Virus record (IMG/VR): IMGVR_UViG_3300025086_000208
Span: 1-25,746 of that record
DNA: 25,746 bases
Source: a virus
Lineage: Duplodnaviria > Caudoviricetes
Strand: one strand, 5' to 3'
A program made the translations under genes and the position numbers. This document shows positions 8,815 to 16,117 of this stretch, piece by piece (position 1 is the stretch's first letter; every line of letters begins with the position of its first letter). The notes beneath the pieces were generated by a model, which made no database searches, was not told the DNA's origin, and saw only the letters and a program-made list of their open reading frames with translations.

Positions 8815-8841
8815 TTGACAAAATAGTTTTGATTTATAATT
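8815..8841 (+). promoter_or_regulatory. Promoter for 8862..: TATAAT at 8835-8840, with TTGACA 14 nt upstream
   Basis: Consensus hexamers in an AT-rich intergenic region. The spacer is shorter than the canonical 17 nt. Confidence 0.55.
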
Positions 8842-8861
8842 TGTAAAGGCACTTTAAGCGC

Positions 8862-9191
8862 ATGGCAATCACCACTACTTGGTCCATTAACACTCTCGAT
8901 AGAGAGGTTTCAGATGGATATGTCTATAACGTTCATTATTCTGTAACTGCTGTCAGTGACGCATTAGATTCTAAAGGTCAAGCTTATTCTCAAGGTGCTT
9001 ACGGAAGCGTCGGTGTCGAGCGCCCCGAAGGTGAACTTATCGCTTATGACTCTTTGAATGAAGAGACGATTATCGGTTGGGTGCAGACTGCTATTGGTGG
9101 TGCCGATAAAGTTACTGATATTGAAAATGCTCTTGAAGCCGCCCTCACCGAGAAAATTTCTCCAACAAAACTCAGCGGTGTACCTTGGTGA
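8862..9191 (+). CDS. Conserved phage protein found beside tail fibre genes
   Basis: WxIxxLxR...VHY...YGSV...IxYDxLxEExxxGWV...GxPW pattern, common in aquatic phages. Confidence 0.7.
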   Translation: MAITTTWSINTLDREVSDGYVYNVHYSVTAVSDALDSKGQAYSQGAYGSVGVERPEGELIAYDSLNEETIIGWVQTAIGGADKVTDIENALEAALTEKISPTKLSGVPW

Positions 9192-9475
9192 CTTTAATTT
9201 TTAGGCTGGCAATCACAGTACTTGCGCTTTTTCCCAATCTGCTGATCGGTTACGTCTACTTAAATAAAGACGCGATCATCAAAGAGCAAAAGGAGGCGTT
9301 GATGGAGAGCATCGGCGGCCAGCTAACAAGCCAACTTAGTGCGCAGACAAAAAACTTGACCGGCAACATGGACTCCATGTTTTCCGATAAAATAAAGCCG
9401 GAGATGACTTCTCAGCATCAAAGTCAGCTGAAAGTTCTTCCTAAACAGACTGGACCAGCTATCCCAATGAGGTGA
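9185..9475 (+). CDS. Membrane-anchored protein (N-terminal TM plus helical domain)
   Basis: Hydrophobic N-terminus, YVYLNKDAII motif and LPKQTGPAIP end, as in cyanophage homologues I recall. Start codon is uncertain. Confidence 0.6.
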   Translation: MVTLIFRLAITVLALFPNLLIGYVYLNKDAIIKEQKEALMESIGGQLTSQLSAQTKNLTGNMDSMFSDKIKPEMTSQHQSQLKVLPKQTGPAIPMR

Positions 9476-10197
9476 TGCCTGAGATACCTGACATAGGTAT
9501 CAATAAAATCAACACCGTTCAGGTTCATTCTTGGATGGTGCTTCCTCCTGTTGTGAACACAATTGAGGTGCCTGTTACTGTCAATATCGGAACACCGATT
9601 GTTTTAATGCCCGGATGTGTAGAGTCACACCCTTTATCAAATAGATCTAATTCGATTCAAAAGGATGACCAGAATGGTGTCAAGACTTACTGCGACTCAA
9701 ATGCACCATCTTTTACTCCTCTTGACTACTCACCACAAGATTTAATTTATACCGTAGAGACACCTGCTCCAGCTTATAAACCACAGCCCCCAGAAGTTCC
9801 TGCTACTCCAGAGTTACCGACGAATTTACCTAAGCCAAAGCCGCCGATTACACAGAGTACTCAAGAACCGCCTGCAGAGCCTGCTAAACCAGTTTCAGAA
9901 ACCGTCCCGACTCAGCCAGTGGAGACAAAGACAACCGTGATCGATTTCCTGCCTACACCGCAGCAGGTAACCACGACAGCTTCGATCGCTATTGTTGCGA
10001 CTTCAGCGGCCCTCCTAGCAAAGCCGCTTGCCGACTTGCTTCTAAAGCTGGTGAAGCCTGTTGTGAAGAAGACCCAGAAGAAACTGTTTGACGTACTTGG
10101 GAAGAAGACAAAGGTTGACTCAGTCCGTGAGCGTGTCCTTGCTCAGCGGGATCGGAATCGTGCTCTTCTGGCGCTAAGACGGTCGTTAAAGAAATAG
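9472..10197 (+). CDS. Conserved cyanophage protein: Cys-pair domain, Pro-rich linker, C-terminal hydrophobic helix and basic tail
   Basis: PVTVxIGxPIVxMPGCV...CD...PSFxPLDY, then a Pro-rich stretch and TTASIAIVATSAALLAKPL. Confidence 0.7.
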   Translation: MMPEIPDIGINKINTVQVHSWMVLPPVVNTIEVPVTVNIGTPIVLMPGCVESHPLSNRSNSIQKDDQNGVKTYCDSNAPSFTPLDYSPQDLIYTVETPAPAYKPQPPEVPATPELPTNLPKPKPPITQSTQEPPAEPAKPVSETVPTQPVETKTTVIDFLPTPQQVTTTASIAIVATSAALLAKPLADLLLKLVKPVVKKTQKKLFDVLGKKTKVDSVRERVLAQRDRNRALLALRRSLKK

Positions 10198-10984
10198 GGT
10201 GCACATGAGGAGACACAGTTTCATTGGGCATTTTCACCACAATGTCCGCACATATTTTTGCAAACTGTGAGCCAGGACGAAACGTTATACCTTGCTTAGC
10301 TAATACGCCACAATTTTTAAGACGCGCAATTTCAAAATCAAGCCTTCGATTGGCCAAGGTTTGTTCTTGTATTGCAATCTGTGCATTTGCAGCTCGCTTA
10401 CATCTTGATTGAAGACCTCCGTCAAGAGGTATAGAAAGCGTTGCAGAGAGGCCAGCATTCCAGCTAAAATTATTTTTTTGACCTGTCCTTACTGGCTTGT
10501 AATACAGGACTTTCCCAGGGTTGTCTAGTACTCCATCGTCATTTAAATCACTGGTGTCATAGACAGGGTCATTGTAATAGTCTTCGAAAGGCTGTTGAAA
10601 TGAGCCAGTCCGTGTCATAAACGGTGTGACATTAAGGGTCGGCCCTTGGCATTGAATACCAGCCCCATAAGTATTAGTGATATAAGGTCCTTGAAGTACC
10701 TGAATAGCCTGATTAGTTACGCTGCCGCTGCTGTTAGCAATTGGGTTTGCAGTGGCGCTGACACCTCCGACATCAGCTGCCCATGAGGGTGCCCCAAGCA
10801 ACGACGCTATCCCTATTGCGAGAAAATGGATGTACTTTCTGTGACGCTTCTTATCTCTGTAGATCTGTTTACAATCGTGTGATTTGCCAAACCAGGAGCC
10901 TGTAGCGTCTCGGTAAATTGAAATCCCTTGGTGTTGTCGATTATTGACCAGCTTGGCTTGTTTGCAGCATCTAGTGTTGTCCAT
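9989..10984 (-). CDS. Exported protein with a TolC/OEP-like beta-strand plus coiled-coil unit; true start probably near 10864
   Basis: Signal-peptide-like KKRHRKYIHFLAIGIASLLGAPSWA/A. Conserved VGGVSATANP...SSGSVTNQAIQ. GLSATLSIPLDGG followed by a helix. Confidence 0.65.
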   Translation of the reverse strand: MDNTRCCKQAKLVNNRQHQGISIYRDATGSWFGKSHDCKQIYRDKKRHRKYIHFLAIGIASLLGAPSWAADVGGVSATANPIANSSGSVTNQAIQVLQGPYITNTYGAGIQCQGPTLNVTPFMTRTGSFQQPFEDYYNDPVYDTSDLNDDGVLDNPGKVLYYKPVRTGQKNNFSWNAGLSATLSIPLDGGLQSRCKRAANAQIAIQEQTLANRRLDFEIARLKNCGVLAKQGITFRPGSQFAKICADIVVKMPNETVSPHVHPISLTTVLAPEEHDSDPAEQGHAHGLSQPLSSSQVRQTVSSGSSSQQASPALEASRQAALLGGPLKSQQ

Positions 10985-11268
10985 GTGCTGGTAACGCCAT
11001 TAAGAGTATTGCTATTTCCAGATGTTGTGGAGGGCGCAATACTGTTTCCTGTGTTCTTTATATTAGTGCCGGTCACGGAGTATTGGTAGCCCGTGTTGTA
11101 ATCCATAGAATTTATTACCTCAGTCACGACAGAAGTTGTTTCTGTTTTTTGGGTCAAACTACCTTGCGTGAAGTTAGGGACAACAGGCACTGAGTAGCCA
11201 GGCTGCACTAATCCATGAAGCAGTCCTAGGATAAAACCTAGAGCAATTCCCTCATGTAAACGGTCCAT
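10813..11268 (-). CDS. Secreted beta-rich cyanophage protein
   Basis: N-terminal hydrophobic signal, VPVVPNFTQGS motif, Thr/Ser-rich alternating strands. Confidence 0.7.
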   Translation of the reverse strand: MDRLHEGIALGFILGLLHGLVQPGYSVPVVPNFTQGSLTQKTETTSVVTEVINSMDYNTGYQYSVTGTNIKNTGNSIAPSTTSGNSNTLNGVTSTWTTLDAANKPSWSIIDNTKGFQFTETLQAPGLANHTIVNRSTEIRSVTESTSIFSQ

Positions 11269-11751
11269 CTATCGGACAGTAATTTCGCTTACGTGTTGTC
11301 CTGTAGCCGTTGTTCCAGCTCCACCTGCGGTCACAGAGACTGCACCTGCAGATGTGATGGTTCCAGCCAAGCTTCCTGCTGTCCCAGCTGACGTACTCGT
11401 CACACTGGAGAAGTTTGGGACAGCTCCTACGGTTGGAGCAGAGCTTGGAACTGCATCCCCTGCGATATAGGACTGACTAAAAGAGAACGCACTACCAGGC
11501 GTATCTTGCGTAGCAGCGATAGTTCCTGGCGCATACACACCTTGAGTTATTGTTCCGGCTGAAATAGTATTTGCAGTTGTGCCATCCGTAGTATCTACAC
11601 CATTGCCGCTGACGGAAAACGAGGAGCCTAGCCTCATTGCGTTCGTTGCGGCGGCGTCAACAGTCAGCTGGACTGAGCTTTGTAGTTTGTGGGTAATATC
11701 AGCGTAAGCAGGTGCTCCCGCAAAAGCGATAATTACAAGCAGCCTCCACAT
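11269..11751 (-). CDS. Secreted Ser/Thr/Gly/Ala-rich cyanophage protein
   Basis: Start re-assigned to MWRLLVIIAFAGAPAYA/D, a clear Sec signal with an AxA site. ADITHKLQSSVQLTVD motif. Confidence 0.75.
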   Translation of the reverse strand: MWRLLVIIAFAGAPAYADITHKLQSSVQLTVDAAATNAMRLGSSFSVSGNGVDTTDGTTANTISAGTITQGVYAPGTIAATQDTPGSAFSFSQSYIAGDAVPSSAPTVGAVPNFSSVTSTSAGTAGSLAGTITSAGAVSVTAGGAGTTATGQHVSEITVR

Positions 11752-11798
11752 AAAAAAACCTAGTTTGTATATTGATCTTAGTAGGAGCACATTCAGTA

Positions 11799-11811
11799 TA
11801 AAATGTTGAGA
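11799..11811 (+). promoter_or_regulatory. -10 element TAAAAT, 6 nt before the ATG (predicted leaderless)
   Basis: TAAAAT-GTTGAG-ATG in the divergent intergenic region. Confidence 0.5.
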
Positions 11812-12068
11812 TGAAAGATGATGACTCACAGTTCTCTTTTAAGGATCTTTTGGCGACTCTCGTCCCTGCTGGTGTCCTTTCTTGGGCTCTTGCAATGTTG
11901 ACTGCAAGCTACATGGGTTATGCAAAGATTGATGCAGCGTTCATTTCATCCTTGGTGACGTCAGTCTTGGCTGTGTATGGAGTCTCTAGAAAAGATGATA
12001 AAGATACCAAAAAATCTGAAAAAAAGTTTACAATTGAGTCAAAGGATCAGACACCTCCAGCTAAATGA
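11811..12068 (+). CDS. Small two-TM membrane protein, holin-like topology
   Basis: Two hydrophobic helices (VLSWALAMLTASYMG; AFISSLVTSVLAVYGV) and a highly charged C-terminal tail. Confidence 0.6.
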   Translation: MKDDDSQFSFKDLLATLVPAGVLSWALAMLTASYMGYAKIDAAFISSLVTSVLAVYGVSRKDDKDTKKSEKKFTIESKDQTPPAK

Positions 12069-12874
12069 TTTTAGGTCGGCCAGGTGCTTCTATTGACCTA
12101 ACCTCGATCAGTAATACAGAGCTTCTAGAGGAGCCGAGGCGTACTGAGGATTTGGCGCCAGACCAGTATGCTCTTGTCCTTAAGGACAGACATCTAAAGA
12201 ATTGCTTTATTCTCAATACTTCAGAAGGTTATACAAAGATAAGGACAGTGATTGGACCCTGGTGGATTAAAAATCAGGACTGGATCGATAGCAACATACC
12301 GACGGCAGCCCCTCCGTATTTGGAGTCAGAAGGTTTCAGGTTTTTGCCAGACACCCCTTACATCCACCACCCATACAACGGAGTAACTGACGCTGCGAAA
12401 TCTCTATCCTGCACTTTAGGAGCGTGCCTCCTTCAGCAAAAACTCTTTAATAATGACACTTATGAAGAGTATGTAAGCAGGGTTGGCAACTATGGTGATT
12501 CTTCAAAAGCCACCACACACCTTGATATCTTGCGCGAGATGGGTGTTCCCATGAAGTTCGTCAGAGATTTAGATGAAAGTGACATTAAAGAAACGATTGA
12601 TCAAGGTCTAAGCATTCCTGTAGGGCTTGTAATTAAAGGTACACCTGAGAAACCACGCGGATTTACGTATTGCATTCTTATCTACGGCTACAGCGACACG
12701 CACTGGTTAGCACATGACTCAATTGGTCGGGCTGACATCCAAAGGGGTTTTTGGGTTTCTAATGAAGAGGGCAGTGGTAAAGCGGTGACATATGACATTG
12801 AAGAGTCTCGTAATCGTATTTTTTTTGGTGGCGGTTGCAGTGCCTTTGGATGGCTGAATTGCCGGAAAAATTAA
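12065..12874 (+). CDS. Peptidase C39-like fold protein with catalytic residues apparently substituted
   Basis: Scaffold motifs PY, GDSS, IDQGxxIPVG, GxPxxPxG, LIYGY, HDS.G.D and GW match cyanophage C39-like proteins. The Cys and His positions read Ser and Tyr. Confidence 0.65.
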   Translation: MILGRPGASIDLTSISNTELLEEPRRTEDLAPDQYALVLKDRHLKNCFILNTSEGYTKIRTVIGPWWIKNQDWIDSNIPTAAPPYLESEGFRFLPDTPYIHHPYNGVTDAAKSLSCTLGACLLQQKLFNNDTYEEYVSRVGNYGDSSKATTHLDILREMGVPMKFVRDLDESDIKETIDQGLSIPVGLVIKGTPEKPRGFTYCILIYGYSDTHWLAHDSIGRADIQRGFWVSNEEGSGKAVTYDIEESRNRIFFGGGCSAFGWLNCRKN

Positions 12875-12904
12875 GCTATACTTATTTCGAATCGTCCAAA
12901 CAAG

Positions 12905-13108
12905 ATGGAAGAGATTTTTTCAGACACAGAGAAACAGCTGGTCAAGCAGCAGGAAGAGCTTGCTGAATTCATCAAAACTGGTGAGGCTGAGTTAATGCGC
13001 AATAAAGAGCTTTACCTCAAAGTCACTGGAGCACTGGAGGGTGTGGCTATTGTCCGTGGACGTGTTGCTGCACTTGAAGAAACTCCTGTAGAAGATTTCG
13101 ATCGTTAA
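12905..13108 (+). CDS. Small coiled-coil hypothetical protein
   Basis: 67 aa heptad pattern ending in LKVTGALEGV. TATACT -10 upstream at 12877. Confidence 0.6.
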   Translation: MEEIFSDTEKQLVKQQEELAEFIKTGEAELMRNKELYLKVTGALEGVAIVRGRVAALEETPVEDFDR

Positions 13109-13109
13109 G

Positions 13110-13343
13110 ATGTTGAAAGACATTAACAAAAACCGATACAATGCGCTCTGTTTAGTGGCAGACCACATTTCACCGCCATCTCGTGAAATGCGGTTAGATG
13201 CAATCATCAGAGACGTCCCTGACGAAGACTTGCGTTGGGTGCTGGATAGATTGCACTACTTCCTGCTTAAGATTATTGAGGATTCTGATTATGATCCTGC
13301 AGAAGATATAGAAAATTTAAATTTAATCGGATTAATTGATTAA
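13110..13343 (+). CDS. Hypothetical protein
   Basis: 77 aa ORF starting 1 nt after the previous stop. Confidence 0.6.
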   Translation: MLKDINKNRYNALCLVADHISPPSREMRLDAIIRDVPDEDLRWVLDRLHYFLLKIIEDSDYDPAEDIENLNLIGLID

Positions 13344-13398
13344 TTAGTTCATAGCAAAAGTACAAGTGTGTGCAGCATAAAGTTTTGACAAGGTTGGA

Positions 13399-13818
13399 AT
13401 GCTGGACGTGTTTCATTGCGAGCAAGATCTTTTAGCCAATCTCATTGTCTTAACCCCAAAACTTGCAAGGCGCAAATTTAAACTTTATATTTTTGCTTCT
13501 TGGGATTGGGCTTGTGCCTACTGCGGTAAGCATCTAACGCAAGACACCGCAACCATTGATCACATCCTATCAAAACACAAGGGTGGTCACAACATTAGAT
13601 CAAATATGTGTTGTTGCTGCTCGTCGTGCAATAGATCAAAAGGCTCCATGTTACTGGACGAGTGGTACACTGAAAATAATATTCATTTTACTGAAGAGAG
13701 ATCAGTTAAAATCAAGGAGTGGTTAGAGCAAAAACCAAACTCTATAAAGCTACCAAGCACAGATTCCCTTCAAACATATATTGATAATGATTTCTCCATC
13801 AGCTGGATATCAGTCTGA
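13399..13818 (+). CDS. HNH endonuclease
   Basis: CAYCG...TIDHI...GG...N...CxxCNRSKG, all canonical residues present. May start at the GTG at 13408. Confidence 0.9.
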   Translation: MLDVFHCEQDLLANLIVLTPKLARRKFKLYIFASWDWACAYCGKHLTQDTATIDHILSKHKGGHNIRSNMCCCCSSCNRSKGSMLLDEWYTENNIHFTEERSVKIKEWLEQKPNSIKLPSTDSLQTYIDNDFSISWISV

Positions 13819-13951
13819 AGAACAGTTTCTTTCAGACTTTCTTGAGCGCATGAAAGAGAAGCGGGTTCCTGGGCCTGGAGACACTGCGCTGAGGGGAGAA
13901 GTGCGCAACGATATTATCGGTAAGGTCGAAAGAGGCGTTCTGAAGGTCTGA
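13787..13951 (+). CDS. Small hypothetical protein (54 aa, not in the ORF track), carries the FLxxF motif
   Basis: Hand translation MISPSAGYQSEEQFLSDFLERMKEKRVPG...GVLKV. The stop lies 1 nt before the next ATG. Confidence 0.6.
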   Translation: MISPSAGYQSEEQFLSDFLERMKEKRVPGPGDTALRGEVRNDIIGKVERGVLKV

Positions 13952-13952
13952 T

Positions 13953-14240
13953 ATGGCTGATAGAGCAAAAGCAAAGAGGCTTGCTAAGGAGCAGATGAAA
14001 TGCAACAAGCCGAAGCGGACTCCCGACCACGACACCAAGTCCCATGTAGTGAAAGCCTGCAAGGAAGGTGAGGAGAAGATTATTCGTTTCGGTCAACAAG
14101 GCGTAAAAGGTGCGGGTAAAAACCCTAAAACAGCTAAAGAGAAGGCGCGTAAGGCTTCTTACTACGCCAGGCACGATGCGCAGGATTCGAGTCCTGACAA
14201 GATGTCAGCTCGTTACTGGAGCCACAAGGTTAAATGGTGA
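13953..14240 (+). CDS. Conserved basic phage protein (DUF6321-like)
   Basis: NKPKRTP.H.TKSHVV...K.IRFGQQG...RKAS..ARH...SARYWS.KVKW, a widespread phage family. Confidence 0.75.
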   Translation: MADRAKAKRLAKEQMKCNKPKRTPDHDTKSHVVKACKEGEEKIIRFGQQGVKGAGKNPKTAKEKARKASYYARHDAQDSSPDKMSARYWSHKVKW

Positions 14241-14246
14241 TCTGAT

Positions 14247-14384
14247 ATGAAAGACAAAGTTGAAAAGGTAATGTCTGAGTTCAAAGCAGGCGAACTTAAA
14301 TCCAGTAGTGGTAAAAAAGTGACAAATCGCAAGCAGGCTTTGGCTATCGCACTAGCCATGAAACAGAAGAACCAATCAAATTAA
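14247..14384 (+). CDS. Small basic protein (DUF6496-like, 45 aa, not in the ORF track)
   Basis: Hand translation MKDKVEKVMSEFKAGELKSSSGKKVTNRKQALAIALAMKQKNQSN. Confidence 0.75.
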   Translation: MKDKVEKVMSEFKAGELKSSSGKKVTNRKQALAIALAMKQKNQSN

Positions 14385-15170
14385 GGCCCAGCTGCGCCAC
14401 CATTTAGTGATCACGTACTTATTACCTTGTTTTGGTGGGAAGGCTTCGTGCATTGTTTTAAAATTTGGAATACCATTTTTGTAAAGATTATTCCACGCAA
14501 GAAGCAGACCGCGCTTGGGCTTGACTGTGAGTTTTAAGTGCTTAAACCACGTCTCTCCACCTTCTTCAACATCGTTTAGATATATCATTGTTGTCCAAGT
14601 TCTTTGCCCCATCCATTCGCAATAAATTTTATATTCTGTGGTCAAAGGATCAAAGAAATCCCAATGCTCTTTGAAATATTGGCCTGGCTCGTACTTTTGA
14701 GCTTGTATGGCCTCACCGAGAAATGGTTCTAATCCCATAAACTCACTAATTTTTTTATCTAGTTGTAAGTAAAAATCGTTATCAAAGTAGTGTAGATCAG
14801 CGGTCGTGCTTGTCCGGTAAGAACTGACACAGTTGCTGTCTGTCTTGTCAGACACTGTGGAAGGCCTAAGATTTTGGTTCATAAGGTCAATCAGATCAGA
14901 GCATTCGGCTTCACTTAAAAAATCTTCCTGTTTATAAATCTGTGTAAATGGATAATTTATTTTTTTTGCTTTTTTAGTTATCGGGCAATCGTAAAAATCT
15001 TTGTGTCTAATGCTTTCGGGCTTAGTTTTTAATGAACAGAGGTCAAGGGCTTCATTTATATATTCTTCGGTACAGCCGTATTTTTTTGTAAGTGTTCTCA
15101 GCAGTTGTGTCTTGCTGACGCCACCAATAGCTGCAGTGAGTAATTCACGTTGAAATCCAATATCGTCCAT
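14376..15170 (-). CDS. Prolyl 4-hydroxylase-type 2OG-Fe(II) oxygenase
   Basis: FLSxxEC, RTS, KYEPGQYFKEHWD (HxD), TxMIYLNDVEEGGETxF, HEAxP...KYVITKW. The ATG at 15170 is preferred over the TTG at 15194. Confidence 0.92.
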   Translation of the reverse strand: MDDIGFQRELLTAAIGGVSKTQLLRTLTKKYGCTEEYINEALDLCSLKTKPESIRHKDFYDCPITKKAKKINYPFTQIYKQEDFLSEAECSDLIDLMNQNLRPSTVSDKTDSNCVSSYRTSTTADLHYFDNDFYLQLDKKISEFMGLEPFLGEAIQAQKYEPGQYFKEHWDFFDPLTTEYKIYCEWMGQRTWTTMIYLNDVEEGGETWFKHLKLTVKPKRGLLLAWNNLYKNGIPNFKTMHEAFPPKQGNKYVITKWWRSWALI

Positions 15171-15189
15171 TGTCTCGGAGGACCCTTCG

Positions 15190-15198
15190 TACAATATA
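15190..15198. promoter_or_regulatory. Overlapping divergent -10 elements (TACAAT on +, TATATT on -)
   Basis: TACAATATA in the 50-nt gap between divergent start codons 15170(-) and 15221(+). Confidence 0.45.
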
Positions 15199-15220
15199 GA
15201 GGGTACTTGAGTTTAAAACT

Positions 15221-15373
15221 ATGGGGCTTTGCGTCGTAACGTTCACCGTGTTATTCGCAGGCGCCTATTGGACGGCTCGAAATACCCTTAAGAAATGCAG
15301 CTCAAGTCATGAAGTCCAGATCAGCCGAACGCTTTCTCGAAGAATACGTAAAGGACGCTGGATTAGGGCTTGA
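15221..15373 (+). CDS. Small putative membrane protein (50 aa, not in the ORF track)
   Basis: MGLCVVTFTVLFAGAYWTARNTLKK..., a hydrophobic helix followed by a basic tail. Overlaps the next ORF. Confidence 0.4.
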   Translation: MGLCVVTFTVLFAGAYWTARNTLKKCSSSHEVQISRTLSRRIRKGRWIRA

Positions 15374-15473
15374 AGCAGCTGATGTCGACCCTGGCCGCCT
15401 AATCCCGAAAGAAATCAGGGACCTACGTGAGAATGCAGTCACGAACGTCAGACCTGATCTGCTTGTCAGTTAA
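15309..15473 (+). CDS. Small hypothetical protein (54 aa, not in the ORF track), carries the FLxxY motif
   Basis: Hand translation MKSRSAERFLEEYVKDAGLGLEAADVDPGRLIPKEIRDLRENAVTNVRPDLLVS. Confidence 0.6.
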   Translation: MKSRSAERFLEEYVKDAGLGLEAADVDPGRLIPKEIRDLRENAVTNVRPDLLVS

Positions 15474-15484
15474 TTCAGCGCTGG

Positions 15485-15497
15485 TAAGATAGATCCA
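15485..15497 (+). promoter_or_regulatory. -10-type promoter, TAAGAT-AGATCC-A, upstream of nblA
   Basis: Fourth copy of TARRATAGATCYA, in a 39-nt intergenic gap. Confidence 0.6.
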
Positions 15498-15512
15498 AGG
15501 TAGGTAATTACC

Positions 15513-15728
15513 ATGGATGCATTAGAGCTTCCCGTGGACGTTGAATTTCAAATCCACGCAGCATCTCTGGCCATTCAAGGCCTGGATCGAGATGAGTTAG
15601 AGGAAGCATTTATCGAAATGCTTCATCAAAAAGCTCTTGACCGTCAGATGTTCCTAGGCATTCTGAAAGACCACGGTATCGACGCCGATATCAAGTTCAA
15701 CTTCTCCACTATTGGACAAATCTCTTAA
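15513..15728 (+). CDS. nblA: Phycobilisome degradation protein NblA (viral)
   Basis: Gapless match by eye to the NblA pattern ELSLEQQFSI...VQNMSHDQAKDFLVKLYEQM...YQELLK, here ELPVDVEFQI...IQGLDRDELEEAFIEMLHQK...FLGILK. Confidence 0.75.
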   Translation: MDALELPVDVEFQIHAASLAIQGLDRDELEEAFIEMLHQKALDRQMFLGILKDHGIDADIKFNFSTIGQIS

Positions 15729-15733
15729 TAGCC

Positions 15734-16117
15734 ATGGCTGATCGTATTGTTACGGGTACTCTTGACACATTCTCAGTCGACTCTGGAAGTGACGTCACTT
15801 ACAAAGGTGCAGGTGTTGGTAACAATACCGGCCTAAGTCAACGTGCTTTTGAAGTAAACCCCAGCACCACAGGCGACATCACTGTTTCTTTAGACCGTTC
15901 CGCCGGTGTCATTTCCATGGAGATCTTCCAGGATGATGACCACTCAGCTGGTTCAGCTCCCACCGGTTATAAGAAGGCATTTAATGTCGCACAGGCTGGG
16001 AAAGGCAAAGGCGCAGTCGGTGTGACGGTGACAAATGCCACCAAGAACTACATTGTCCTCTTGAAGCTGGATGGTTATTCTGAAGTCAGCTACATCGCTA
16101 AGGTTGTCGTCCCGTAA
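15734..16117 (+). CDS. Probable virion structural protein (beta-sandwich, PPC-like)
   Basis: 127 aa Gly/Thr/Val-rich, alternating strands, ending in a Y-hydrophobic...Y pattern. Confidence 0.55.
   Translation: MADRIVTGTLDTFSVDSGSDVTYKGAGVGNNTGLSQRAFEVNPSTTGDITVSLDRSAGVISMEIFQDDDHSAGSAPTGYKKAFNVAQAGKGKGAVGVTVTNATKNYIVLLKLDGYSEVSYIAKVVVP

Noticed and set aside
13399-13818. HNH gene as part of a self-splicing intron
   Set aside because: The flanking genes are complete ORFs, and there is no room or recognisable core for a group I intron.
14376-15170. 2OG-Fe(II) oxygenase as a TET/JBP DNA-modifying enzyme partnering the Dam-like gene
   Set aside because: The motifs are those of the prolyl 4-hydroxylase type common in cyanophages, and the gene is not adjacent to the methylase-like gene.
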